Shown piece after piece: positions 1 through 12,470 of a DNA stretch of 64,000 nt; position 1 is the stretch's first letter, and the number at the start of each line of letters is the position of its first letter. The position numbers and the translations under genes are program-made. Location: NCBI RefSeq assembly GCF_021869535.1, contig NW_026262668.1, positions 113,832,001 to 113,896,000 on the forward strand, written 5' to 3'. The notes beneath the pieces were generated by a model. It was not told where the DNA came from and made no database searches. It saw only the letters and a program-made list of their open reading frames with translations. Source of the DNA: Mytilus californianus (lineage: Eukaryota).

Positions 1-1444
1 TTATATATTTTTTTTTATTATTCAAAAGAAACTTTCAACACGGGTTCTACAGTGATCCCAAGTTCCAAAGATTTCATTTGATACCAAAACTACCCAAACA
101 GTTCACCTATTGACAAAGATACAGCTATGCGTAGGAACTATTTTGTTTAAAATATGTACTACTTTATTGTATGTTCTTTCCGACTGGGCTGGAATTAGTG
201 GTTCTATACCTTAAATCAAAATTTCAAATTATTTGCTGATAACATATTTGTAAAGAAGGTAAATAGTTATGTAATCTAACAGTTTATCTGTTAAGGCGAA
301 GTGTACGTAATTGCACGCCTCTAGCGGAATTTAGGATAAAAAACGTGCGTCGTTAGTTACGCGGGTTATCTCACCTACTCCAAGAAAGGAAAAATGGGCA
401 CATGAAAGAAAAATGACTTTGTGCGGTCTATCATGAATCCAAACAAGTATTCATGTGCTATCTCAAAACTTCAAAGAAATTATTAGAATGACTCCAATCA
501 GAAATCTGAGTATCCTATTGTGAGTTAGTCTGACTTTATTACCACTGTTTTTGTTTTAGACACGCAGGAGCAGGTACACAATACGACTTTTTTTTCAACA
601 GAAGGTAAAAACGCATAAACAACAAAATTATAACCAAATAAACAAATAAACCAGTGACAATTCTGTTTCTATTCGTATCAAATTCATTAAAATCAAACCA
701 GAATTGACCCCACAATATTTTTTGAAAAACCATAGTTTTGAATGAAATTCACAGTGTAGCGTAAAATTGTAGGTAACGAATAATTATATTGCATGTGAAT
801 TTGTGTGTTGAACAAGAAAGACGTTGGCATGTCCGTTTTTATGCAATTGAAAATTTTATGATGTTTTATATTTTATTATTTATGTAAAAAGTATAAAAGA
901 TACTAAGGGGTAATCGACAACTAGTACAACATAATGAACATTTATAAGCCGAAGGCGAAGAAAAAGCCAACAGCAAAAAAAAAAACCATCAGATTCCGTC
1001 CACAAAACATTACACACTCAGAAACTAAGAATTGAGCACTATTACATTTATCTCAGAATAAGTAAAATATATGTCATCCAAATCTCAGTTTTCAAGGTGC
1101 AGAAAATAAACAGGTGTCTTCTATTCCGTCCGCAATTTTTGGGGAAAGTAAAATCTGAATTTAGAACCATGGTTGAAACTGAAACTACACATGTATGATA
1201 AAAATAGAACGTGTTATTTTTTCTTTATCAAATATCAATTTCGAAGGGATAGCGAAATATGTTTTCTTTTGTTGTGCTTTTGTGTATCATTCAGCAGTAG
1301 TATAAGGTAGGGGAAGAAGGGGTAGGAAGAAAATAAGGTCTACAATGTCGGGGCTTTTTATAACCGACTATACGATATGGATTTTTCTCATTGTTGAAGG
1401 CCGTATGGTTGCCTATAATAATTGCTTACATCCACATCATTTAA

Positions 1445-1938
1445 GGTAGCTGGAGTGTCTAAATGTTGGACGATAAATTTTTCTTAAACTTCTGTAAAAG
1501 ACTTCTGGGTCAATGTAATTTCAAATTTCAATATAAAAACTGGGGATCACGGACCTTGTTTTTTCGTAATAACACATTGAAATTAACGAAATTTGGGTTA
1601 TTTTATATTGTTAATATAGGGGAAACTTAAGTTTTCCTTATTGCGGAAACATTAAACGATAGAAATGGCTAAAATTCGATGAGAAAATTGCTTTTCATTA
1701 ATAACTCCGAAATATCAAATAAAAATAGGGGGTCACGGGCCTTATTTTCTTGAAAAAATCCCCAAAAATTTTAAATATACTTTACGACACTTAATTTTTT
1801 GATAGTTCAATCTTTAAATTTCAAGTTTTAGGTATTTTGTTGTATATTAAATGATACTTGGTAAAATATTTTTAAAACAAAAAAGTATTTTTGCAACATG
1901 ATCAGAACGGACGCTCAGAAAAAGACACCCGATCTACC
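1445..1938. mobile_element. Kolobok-type MITE (494 bp) inserted in a dispersed repeat
   Basis: TTAA-GGTAGCTGGAGTGTCT ... AGACACCCGATCTACC-TTAA (imperfect TIR, TTAA TSD). Removing it rejoins the dispersed repeat (1344-1444 + 1943-1995), matching the intact copy at 21470-21600. Confidence 0.8.
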
Positions 1939-2580
1939 TTAAACTGTGGCAGATAGTTGTCTCATTTGCAATCATACCACATCTCCTTATTTTCATATTA
2001 TATTAACAAAACTGCAATTCATTTGCATTATATACAGGGACAAGTTATATCAAAAACTCCGATCTGTTTTACTTTGCTAAGATTCATATGCGGGTTCTTC
2101 TTTTGACCTTATTACAGCAGATGCAGTTTTCTTATTTTGTGGGAGTCGTGCATGTGGATATTCAACAAATAATGGTACAAGAAATTATTTCCTTTTTTAC
2201 TTAAAATCTCCAGCAAACATTATATTATGCTTTGTCGTGTAGTTAAAGAAAAGGGAAAGCGATCGAGACAGGAAATTTTTAAAATAAAATTGCAGAGTTG
2301 TGTCACGTGCACGTGTGTGAACCTGACAAATAAAATGGGTTTTGTGCGCAATACCTCGAATAGCGCCGGAAATGGTGAGGATGAAAAGATGCAGCAAATT
2401 ATATACACTTTTTTAAAATACAAACATGCAGAAATAAGATTTAAAAAAAGACGTGTATACGCGATCCCAATATTATAACCGATTATTAAAATACGTATAG
2501 AATCATTCTGTCAACGCTGTGTTAACCGGGACAATTTCAAACTTGATATTTGATTCATAATTATTAGAACAATACAATAT

Positions 2581-2714
2581 AAAAATAAGAAGATGTGGTA
2601 TGATTGCCAATGAGACAACTCTCCACAAGAGTCCAAATGACACAGAAATTAACAACTATAGGTCACCGTACGGCCTTCAACAATGATCAAAGCCCATAGT
2701 CAGCTATAAATACA
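2581..2714. repeat. Copy of the abundant AAGATGTGGTATGATTGCCAATGAGACAAC dispersed repeat (about 13 copies in the window)
   Basis: The same terminus recurs near 1950-1995, 10780, 12515, 21470, 23475, 34430, 37390, 41590, 45130, 45488, 54294 and 63480. It also forms the 3' end of the PLE-like RT copies at 10780-11510 and 35911-37435. Confidence 0.85.
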
Positions 2715-2944
2715 AGCATTTCAAAAAAGATGTGGAACCCTGTCTAATTAAGAAAAGATGGAGTTAAAGTCTATACAGTAACTTTCTTTCACTTGCAGTA
2801 TATTTATTTGCCAATTTGCTTTTTTTTGGCAGCAGAATTATCCTTAAAAAATACTCAGTTTATTTCCTTATCAATTGATTACGCTTGAGCATTTGCAATA
2901 ATTAGGAAAATGGGTTATAAATAATTCGTAAATATAAATCAACA

Positions 2945-3806
2945 TGTAGACATCTTATACGTTCAGGTATTTCACATCCAATATTTTTTGGTAATATTCT
3001 TTACAAAGCACAAAAATGTCGGCATTCACCTCAAAAGCTAACCAAAACTTTAAACAGACTTATTTGGAAAGGATATAGTTACGATACTGTTGTCAGGTAA
3101 TTAAGGATTGCATATTTTGGTATTAATATTGATTCACTCATAGGGTCTTTGCATCGGAAATAAACACTATTATTCTAAAACCAGTTGTTGGCATGATACG
3201 GGTTATGTTCTTCTCATATATTTTATGATTGTATGATACTAAACCCCTAACGGGAGGGATTGTACTTGATTTTCATATGATGAAGACATAATCTTTCAAT
3301 CAGTTTAATTGAGGTCTGGAGCTGGCATGTCAATAACTGCTAGTAGTCCTTTGTTAATTTATTCATCATTGTCTTTTTGTTTAGTTTCTTTTGTTACCTA
3401 TTCTGACATCGGACTCGGGCTTCTTTTAAACTGAGTTATACTGTGCGTATTGCTATGTGTTTCTTTATTCTATCATTGTCTAGAGGTATAGGGGGAGGGT
3501 TGAGATCTCACAAAACATGTTTAACCCAAGTCAGGAGCCTCTGGCCTTTGTTAGTCTTGTATATTTTTTTAATTTTAGTTCATTTATATGTTTTGGAGTT
3601 TAGTGTGACGTCCATTTTCACTGAACTAGTACACAATTTTATTTAGGGGCCAGCTGAGGACCACCTCCGCGTGCGGGATTTTCTCACTGCGTTGAAGACC
3701 CATTGGTGGCCTTCGGCTGTTGTCTGCTCTTTGGTCGGGTTGTTGTCTGCTCTTTGGTCGGGTTGTTGTCTCTTTGACATATTCCCCATTTCCATCTCAA
3801 TTTTAT
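2945..3806 (+). mobile_element. 3' fragment of a Penelope-like retroelement (ORF end plus non-coding tail)
   Basis: Translates to LIRSGISHPIFFGNILYKAQKCRHSPQKLTKTLNRLIWKGYSYDTVVR, homologous to the post-RT C-terminus at 36500-36707. The tail shares ACATGTTTAACCC and CCCAAGTCAGGAGCCT with 37120-37180. Confidence 0.6.
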
Positions 3807-5044
3807 ACACACTCACGATTTTGTTTTGACACTGTACGGTATAATAGCGTTATAGAGTTATATCTAGTAGAAATTGTGATGACGTTACAGTAGACATCAA
3901 TAACGTCGCCGAATGTTTTTTATTCTTTCCGCTAAAAATCAAACTTCCACAGGATATAGCTTGAAAACTAGCACGGTTGCTAAGGACTTTCTTTGCACCA
4001 ATTGGTTCGTCGTTCATTTTTGAATCGCATATCGATTTTTAAAAAAATTCTGTGGACCAACGAATTAGAAAATCTTGATAAAGTAAAAATATCTGCCGAT
4101 TTTTATGATTTTCCCTATATATCCTTTGTATTTTTGGCGTATCATGCTGTTAATTTCAACAGCTTGTATCTGAAAAACGAAAACGGTTACCCCTTTTTTT
4201 TATTTTATTGTCTGATGTATTTTTACAAGCAGAATCCACATGTAAAATTAAAAAAAAATCTGTGGAATAGTTAATTACGTACACTTCGCCTTAAGTAATT
4301 TATTCATGCTCCTCGATTCAGGTAACCTTAATTAAAAAAACAGCATGAGATCACACCTGGTTTTTGTGTCTGTCCTCAAGACTGTCATAACAGACACAAT
4401 GTCTATCAAAGTTATTAATCTCATTATGTCCTTAATGCTTAAGAGTACTGTATAACAACAATCATGATTTTCAAACGCAGAACAATGATAACAAATTTGG
4501 CTTTGTAAATAATAATTAACATCTAGTTATCATTCATAATTAACATTTAATAATTAATCATCAAATCACAAAAAAAATATTTTATTTAATAAACTCCCGA
4601 ATTTTTATTAATTAAAATTTCAATATTTTGATAAATATATCTAAAAACATCTAATATTCAACCAGAATTTAAATAAAAATAGGGAGCGAACGAACCCAGG
4701 GTGCAAACGTGTATTGGGAGCAAACAGACCGGGTACCATGCAAAGGCATATTATATATATATAGAACCATAGATATAATAGACTAAGCTATTAAAAATAT
4801 ATTGAATAATTACAATAAAAATGATAAAAGTCAGCATGGTCAGAGGTTTGGGAAGTATCAGGAAAGGCCAACATGAGGTGCATAAGTCTGTGAAGAAGTT
4901 GTGTCAATTTCGACCATGATACGAGAAATATTTATAAATAAAATAGCATCCGAAGAAGTCATATTTTTTTGTTTGTAGTATTGTGTCGTGAATTGATACA
5001 CATTACCCTATCCATTTTTTTCAATTAACAATAGAATTTTGCAC

Positions 5045-5179
5045 CTGTTTGTATCGGGCATACAAATACAATAGATTTTCGCCACTCTGGGAACCGGCAA
5101 CGTGTCGAAGATACTTAGATGCCCCCTCAAATAAATCTTTAATATCTTCTTGCGAACAATCGCCAAATTCGTCTGCCAT
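5045..5179 (-). CDS. ACBD6: Acyl-CoA-binding domain protein 6, coding exon 1 (rest of the gene lies beyond position 1)
   Basis: Minus strand ATG at 5179: MADEFGDCSQEDIKDLFEGASKYLRHVAGSQSGENLLYLYARYKQ, then a GT donor (phase 0). LLYLYARYKQ matches the ACB domain of ACBD6. No exon 2 was found in 1-5044. Confidence 0.85.
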
Positions 5180-7085
5180 GATAGCGATTGTAAAGGACAA
5201 ACCGTTAACGGTTTTTCATTTCCGAAAATTCTAAAACAAATACTACAGTATCCGTAAGGATCCCGATTTAATAGACGACAAAAGTTTAAAAGGTTCATTT
5301 CATATATCAAAATGGAAATATGACAGATAAGACTAGTTCTTCTTCTGCTTCTTCTTCTTGAGAGTATAGTCGTACTGTTTATTTCGATGTTTTATGTGAG
5401 AAAAAATATATGTGCGGATAAGTGCAAATGATCTACAACGGTGTAACTGTACATGTGATCCATTAAAATAAGTATTTGCCCGAAAGCAATATATTAGACG
5501 AATGTCCTAATTATTCTATTATCAATAAGCCTGAGCTTTTCCTTATAGACGTATTTTGACGCTTGACTATGGAGACCAGAAAACAATTGTTCAAAACGTT
5601 GACTCCTTGACTGAGTCACAGAGTTAAGTGCAATTTATTTGTCTTTTAATGTAAATATTTTATGTTGAGTGAAAGGGAAGGCATGGTCTAGAAATTATAA
5701 CTATCGAAAGACATTTTATTTCATACTCTCGAAAAAGAAGGGAAAATATCTGAATTATTTCTCCAAAACCCTTCTTAATTCAACTATCAAATCAGATGCT
5801 TAACTTGAACATTCTCGTTTTACAATTTAAATTCATAATCTGAAAATAGTGTCTAGTCGGAAATCATACACTGTACATAGCTCTAGTTCTCTCACTTTGT
5901 ATTAGAAACTGTGTAGCAGTTTATCTTTTTTGCAAAGCCTTGGCTCAATTCTAAACATTAACGGCAAGTCTGATAATGAGGCTTTTAGACATGCGTTTTT
6001 GATTTTTTTCTTAAAATAAAAGACATTTGAAGCTTTATTGTATAAATGTAATACAGAATTCAAAAATACTTTTATGTTTAAAGAATTTGACAGATTTATA
6101 ACACTTAGATATTCGAATTAAAGGGGCCAAAATTGACTATATCTAGAGTTATCTCGACAAGCAACTAAATATATTTGCCTTTTACAAACGTAATAGTCTT
6201 TTAAACTCGGAAACACTAATATGTTAATCTTCAAACATGGATACAATGTGATGTGGGAATGAGATCATAGTAATCCTGCAACGACACATTAACAAAAAAA
6301 CACGTACAGGTTAATTGTCTTCAATAATTTACAGATGTCTATCTAATATGACCATATTTAACACGGAATTTTTTTAAAAATAAATAAATAAATATGCCAT
6401 TAATATAGAACTTCACTGTTAAAATAGCGAGATCTGTTGCATTCCGATTAGAGTTCTATTAAGTTCTCGAAACTTATCATAGCAACCCTGATAAACGTTT
6501 AGTTCCTTTACACATCACAAGAACTTCCTTTTCACTTTATCAAATGTAAATAATATGGTGAAACCCCATGGTAAACATTTGAGACATAACTCAATTCAAG
6601 GTTTTTTATTTTTGTTTCGATGTAACTTGTTCAACTGCATTTTGATTTTAGTAAAGTACTTGTTAACATCACAGGGCACAAGTTTGATCTAAATCTGTAT
6701 AAATAGAAATTTCAATACCTTCTTTACATATCTTGACAATTGAAAATTCAATTTTTCAATTCGATTTAAAGACCATTCACCGTTGCTATTTACCTTATCA
6801 ACAAACTTTAAAATTTAAAAGAATTCTAATATTCAATATTTATAAGCATCACTTCATTGTATGCCTGTGAAATGAAAAAGTTATTCATTTGGATATTTAA
6901 ATTTTTCACATTAACCGAGCCAACCGTCAAAACGAAATCATTTCCATTCAAAATTTCGTTTATTTCTTTTTGCTTCGAAAGAATACTAGTTTTGTATCAG
7001 TGAGAAGTGAATTCGATATATCTACTTCAGATGTCAAAGATATTTATGTAAAACAACCTATTAAATTCAGCGTAAAATAGTCATT

Positions 7086-9203
7086 ATGTCTAAAACGAAA
7101 GGGACAGACAGTCCATCAAAATCTACAGTCCGATCCAAAACTGTGATTATGGAAAAATCTAGTTTAATCCATCGAAAATATGACGAAACTATCTTGATTT
7201 GTGGAATTTGTTCAAAATGGCTAAACACACCAAGAACTCTGCCGTGTTTGCATTCATACTGCGAAAATTGTTTGGCAACAAACATTAACGAATTCATTAC
7301 ACGAAATAGCGAAAAGAAAGATGAAAGCAGAAAATCTAGAGAGTATGAATGCCATCAGTGTAAAAAGGCCATACCACTAAAAAGTACCCCTACACCAAAC
7401 AAATGGATAGAGGGATTTCCGATCAATTATTTTCTAATGGATTTATTGGATATAGAATTATTGCGAAGAGGCGAGAAAACATGCGGACCGTGTTCTAGAA
7501 ATGGTGAAACATCGGATATATTGTCTTGGTGTAAAGAATGTCGCGATGGCCTCTGTCAGAATTGTGCCAAAGTTCACAAAGGAATGCGCATATCTATGGA
7601 TCATACAGTACTATTAAAAGAAGAGTTTATGAAAGAGATGGAATTGTTAAAAGATCTTCATGAAGAATGCAACAAACATACTGGAAAGACGCTTGATTTG
7701 TTCTGTGTGTTAGATAAAGAACTTTGTTGTCCAAATTGTATTGCAGAGGAACACCGTAGATGTGACAGAGTTATTTCGATTTCTGATGCTGTCAAGAAAA
7801 GCAAATTAGAAAAAGAGCCAGATTTTCTCAACAAAACTTTGGAGCAATACGAAAACCATATAGACGGAATGATTGGTGATCGATCAAACCACCTCATGTA
7901 CTTGGAAGAAGAAAAAACCCGACTTCTTGAAAATTTTGCATCGATACGTATTAATATCATCAATATCCTGGATAAACTTGAAAAAAATCTGAAACGGGAT
8001 ATCAGTCAAATCCACAACGCAGAAGTTAAGAAATTGCAGATAGAGATGGACATAAGTAAACGAATGCTTTTAGCTGTTTCTAACGCCCACAAGTTAATGA
8101 ATGTGGCTGAAGTACATGCTTCCGATTCTAGACTTCTGCATATGATGGAATCCATAAGAACGCAATGTATTTGGTATGAGGACGCCATGGGAAAAATGCG
8201 GTCTCAAGTCCAGGATTGTCAATATTTGTTTGAGGTGGGCCATGCTATAGAAGTTATGCAAACAAAAGTAAAAGAAATTGGTAAAATATCCGTGCGGTAC
8301 TCCCCGTCAAAATTACCGCCATTCCCAAATGTAATTTCTGTTGAACAGAATAATACCCATTCGAATCTTAATAAGTCTACTCTTTCCTTGCGTGGAAAAC
8401 GTTCAGAGATGGTAAAAACTTTCAGTGCGCATGAACATGATGAGGTAAATGATAGTTGGTTCACTGGCGCTGCGTTTCTTTCAGATGGTCGGCTAATTTT
8501 AGTTGACAGACAAAACAGAAAAATTAAGCTGTTTGCAAAGAACTATCGACAGCTTAACAGTATGAAATTCAACTCTAAACCTTGGGATGTGACAACCATT
8601 AGCCCTTCCGAGATTGCAGTGACACTTCCAGAGGAGCGAGCAATCCAAATTCTAAATGTCAGCGACATCGGGTTTTCTCTTGGAGATTATTTCATTACAA
8701 GCGAAGCATGTTATGGATTGACATATGTTCGTGGTAAATTTTTCACTCTAGCCTACGATGGATTACCACCATCACTGAAAATCCTGGATTCTGATGGAAA
8801 AGAACTGGCATCAGTTGCATATGACGACGATGGGTCACAGCTATTTTCCCGTCCAATATATATAACTGCTAACGGGAAAGGTACTATGATTTACGTTGCC
8901 GACGAACGACGTGGATCTGTAACAACACTGATTGAAACAGCAGAGCATTGTTATTCTTACTCAAGTGTAGATTTAGGACACGCAGCGGGTCTTGCTCTTG
9001 ACAATGAAGAAAATTTATATGTTTGTAGAAATCACGCAAAGAGTGTCCAAGTAGTTTCACCGGAAGGTGACAGAGTAAAGACTCTTATATCTCATGACAT
9101 GATATCATATCCTCGTGCAATCGCATTTGATGTTAATGATGAACGATTGCTTATAACACAAGGAGATAAGAGTGAGGTGAAAGTGTTCCAGTTAGTATTA
9201 TAA
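7086..9203 (+). CDS. TRIM-family E3 ligase-like protein (RING, B-box1, B-box2, coiled coil, NHL-like beta-propeller), single-exon CDS, 705 aa
   Basis: C3HC4 RING CGIC..CLHSYCENC..CHQC; B-box CGPC..WCKECRDGLCQNCAKVH..H; B-box CNKH..FC..CCPNC..HRRC; helical coiled coil; C-terminal propeller blades (GRLILVD, PWDV, YVAD, PRAIA). Confidence 0.95.
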   Translation: MSKTKGTDSPSKSTVRSKTVIMEKSSLIHRKYDETILICGICSKWLNTPRTLPCLHSYCENCLATNINEFITRNSEKKDESRKSREYECHQCKKAIPLKSTPTPNKWIEGFPINYFLMDLLDIELLRRGEKTCGPCSRNGETSDILSWCKECRDGLCQNCAKVHKGMRISMDHTVLLKEEFMKEMELLKDLHEECNKHTGKTLDLFCVLDKELCCPNCIAEEHRRCDRVISISDAVKKSKLEKEPDFLNKTLEQYENHIDGMIGDRSNHLMYLEEEKTRLLENFASIRINIINILDKLEKNLKRDISQIHNAEVKKLQIEMDISKRMLLAVSNAHKLMNVAEVHASDSRLLHMMESIRTQCIWYEDAMGKMRSQVQDCQYLFEVGHAIEVMQTKVKEIGKISVRYSPSKLPPFPNVISVEQNNTHSNLNKSTLSLRGKRSEMVKTFSAHEHDEVNDSWFTGAAFLSDGRLILVDRQNRKIKLFAKNYRQLNSMKFNSKPWDVTTISPSEIAVTLPEERAIQILNVSDIGFSLGDYFITSEACYGLTYVRGKFFTLAYDGLPPSLKILDSDGKELASVAYDDDGSQLFSRPIYITANGKGTMIYVADERRGSVTTLIETAEHCYSYSSVDLGHAAGLALDNEENLYVCRNHAKSVQVVSPEGDRVKTLISHDMISYPRAIAFDVNDERLLITQGDKSEVKVFQLVL

Positions 9204-10779
9204 TTAATTAAGTCATGAACTTTTATACTTCATGTAGTAAATATTTTTTTTATAGATATAGAATATACTTGAAAAATAGAAAAATATAATTAGTTGTGAT
9301 GGTCTTAATTACAATAAAAAGAGTCAATTTTATCAACTACACACAATTATGATATAATAACAACCATTTATCTACCCCCTCCCCCCCCTCCACACACACA
9401 TTCACTTAACAGACTCTTAAAACAATACATGTACTACAGCTAAACACATTTACAATTATCACATGCGCGCCTGTAGCACTGAGAGACAAATGTTGGACAA
9501 CAGAAGTAATTCTATCATACATTGTCAACATGAATGTATTTAAAAACTGCTATGGAAAGATTAAAGGGAAATAAGTAATTTTTAAATGAAACTTTGCTAT
9601 CTGATATACTGTCTTTAACATTTAAAACAAATGAATACATTTAAAGTCATTGTATTTATGATTTTGAAAACAAAGAGTGCAGGTTACCATTGAAAATAGT
9701 GGTTATTATAGAACATTTAACATGGGAAACCAAATTAACACATGTGTAAGTAGTATTAACATAATATCATAAATGTTTTAGATATATAAAAGGCCAACAT
9801 TGCCAATTAGTATTAAAACAAATAAATTCATATTCGGAAATAGACCATTCGTGTTTGAAAAATAATTATACAAATTTTTGCATATAATTGAAGTGGTTAA
9901 ACATTGATGACGTATAAAAAGTACAGGTATAATGCAATAGTTTGCTTAATTGGTATTGGTAAAGAATTTTTCATAAAAAGCGATTGAAAGACATACCGTT
10001 GATATACTGGTCCGAAATAATAGAATCCAACTTGTGCGTATTTGATTTAACTTATTTAATATTCGTAAGCAACGAAAAAAACATATTTACTTAATTGTTG
10101 GAAAAGAAAGGATTATGATGTACCTAGTCATGTGATAAAATTCCTACACGTACGTTACAAAATCTATAGTTAAAACAGTGCTATTAATCCCGTTCTTCAT
10201 CTCCAAATAACAGTGATGTCGTCAACACCGAGCAATAGCTTACATCTCAGGTACAGCTTAAAGAAGACCTCTTGCACTGGTTATATATAGATAGATGTGT
10301 ATAGAAGCATATAGATGTTGTGAATTGAGAATAATATTAAATTTTTGAAACTAATGTTGCTATTATATTTTTTTCGGCACCAAAATGTGAAGAAGTTTAC
10401 ATACCGTTTTATCTAAAGGTATTGGAAAATTTAACAGACTGCATTGAATGGGAGATCATGCAGTAATATGAATCAAAAGAGCAATACTAGAATGAGGCAA
10501 ATCTATACAAACAAGACAGTTGCATGTACATACAAAGAAAACGTATATGAAAAGACAGCAGTTTAATCTTTTATTAATAAGAGCTCCTTTCAAAACTAGT
10601 AGTAGAAGCAGGTATTTCCGTGAGTAAGAGTATATCCTACTTTGAACGGTAATCATTATGCCCAGTGGTCAAATTTGTTAAGATCAAAATCTCTGCGACG
10701 TTTAGAATACTCAGGGGATTACTTGTGACATACTCACCTTATAACAATCGACCAAATAAATGAATATTATAAAAAAATA

Positions 10780-11510
10780 ATGAGATGCGGTCTTATTGCC
10801 AATGAAAAACATATTCACCAGAGACCAACGGGCATGGATTTAAGAAACTATACGTCACCGTGCGGCCTTCTAAAATGAGAAAAAAAATCAACATGGTATA
10901 GTAAGCTATAAAAGGTCCCAGCATGACAGAATGTGAATCATACCAAACAAGAAAACCAAACAGCTTGAGTTATGCTTTTCTGAAAAACAAATATGACAGA
11001 CAGCAACCAACAACAACGACGGATATGGGACAGGCACATAGAGAATGTGACGGGGTTGAACATGTTTATGAGCATTCAATCCTCTCTCTAACATTTGAAA
11101 ATTGTGTAACAGTACATCGTAAGAACAAACTAAAAATCATGCAGTTTGAAATGGCCCAACTCAACAGATTGGTACAATGCACTAACAACAACTAACAAAA
11201 AAAAAAAGACACAAAGGACCGATCTAAGAGTACTCGCAGTTAATAAAAGCTAGTTCAAAGCCATTAAACCAATAAATAAATCATGTACCCCAGACTAGAG
11301 TATTAATCAGTACATATCAAACGGATTTAGTGTAAAGACGTCATAACCAGTCTGAAAAAATTATTACCTTGTGCAATGCAAAGTTTATTCAAAGGATTAA
11401 TAAGTTTACATGGATTGTATCTAAATTTACCGACTCTATAAACAACATCACCGTATAAAATGGGATGTGCTTTCACGTTTGTACATATACAGCCAAACTC
11501 AAAGACCAAA
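10780..11510 (-). mobile_element. 3' fragment of a Penelope-like retroelement
   Basis: Minus-strand HPILYGDVVYRVGKFRYNPCKLINPLNKL matches 36530-36620. The reverse complement of 11190-11380 aligns to 36770-36960 and ends in the AGATGTGG-type terminus. Confidence 0.7.
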
Positions 11511-11759
11511 TATGTGTATCTATGAAAGAATTGTGCGAAGTTTTTGATATACTAAAATTGATATAGTGTTGTGTGATCAATGTAACTGTGTGCAGATATA
11601 AGAAACAGGAATGTAACAAATTAAAATTATGTGGATGAATGTAGATGTTATGATCACGGAAAAATTCCTATTTGGAAACTTAAACCACTTTGTTGCATAT
11701 TATCAATCTTTTCACGTTCAAAGATTCCCGTGTTTTGATTGACTACTGTAAGGCGAAAT

Positions 11760-12470
11760 ATGAATAGCGATTCGGACGCATGACATGTATGTGTTATTTT
11801 CATTTACCAGCATTGTGTCTATACCACTGTTGTTGGACTGATAGTCCCAGAGAGTATCATCAGCTCAGTTGCCAGTGCTTCGGTAATGACATGTGTACCA
11901 AACAAAATTTCCTGATGATTATTTCGGAAATTATTAAGAAACTAAGGTTCGAAATCCCTAACGCAAAGTTGACCTTAGATTCATTTTGATATGCTTTTTA
12001 TGTCCCTTTAATTCATATAGTTCCTAACGTTTTTACGTATTTAAACATTCCTCGCTTTCAAATGTTAAGGACTGGGCCTTCCTGGTGAAGGTAAATCCAG
12101 AAAAGTGCTTCGGTCGCACGAACATCATAAAGTATTATTTTCATTTACTAACACTGGATCGATAACAAAGCGGGTAGAGTGTAAGTCCCAGATGGTATCA
12201 TCAGCTCAGTATTCAGTGCTCCGGTACAGACAAATGATTTTTAACATACTATTTTAAAATTTTAAAATTATTAAGAAACTTAGGTTTCCAACTCCCTCAG
12301 TCAAAGCTGACCCTTGGTCCTTTTTTCATATAGCTCCTAACGTTTTAACGTACTAATATAATATACATTCCTCCCTGGATTTCAAATGTCATGTTTGAGC
12401 GTTCCGAGTGGAGGTAAATCTAGAAAATTACTTCGGACGCACACAATTTATAAAGTGTTTTTTTCATTTC
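11760..12470 (+). mobile_element. Degenerate tandem retrozyme-like array: two ~330-bp units bounded by three decayed hammerhead motifs (family C)
   Basis: HHR remnants end at 11779, 12117 (CCTGGTGAAGGTAAATCCAGAAAAGTGCTTCGGTCGC) and 12440, spaced 338 and 323 bp. The intervening units are similar (AGTCCCAGA..GTATCATCAGCTCAGT, ATTATTAAGAAACT). Confidence 0.65.

Larger units (their letters stand above)
295..4290. mobile_element. Non-autonomous Kolobok-type DNA transposon (~4.0 kb) carrying nested insertions
   Basis: Perfect 18-bp TIR GGCGAAGTGTACGTAATT (295-312) / AATTACGTACACTTCGCC (4273-4290), with TTAA on both sides (291-294, 4291-4294). GG..CC termini plus TTAA TSD match Kolobok. No transposase ORF. 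Confidence 0.8.

Noticed and set aside
539-733. 64-aa ORF with a TM-like segment inside the Kolobok shell
   Set aside because: T-rich DNA yields such peptides by chance; no recognisable homology.
4335-4375. Possible ACBD6 exon 2 (QKPGV on the minus strand)
   Set aside because: Lacks the CN..KP..FDF..K.KW pattern and hits a stop.
5608-5620. AP-1 site TGAGTCA between ACBD6 and TRIM
   Set aside because: A single 7-mer is not significant without functional data.
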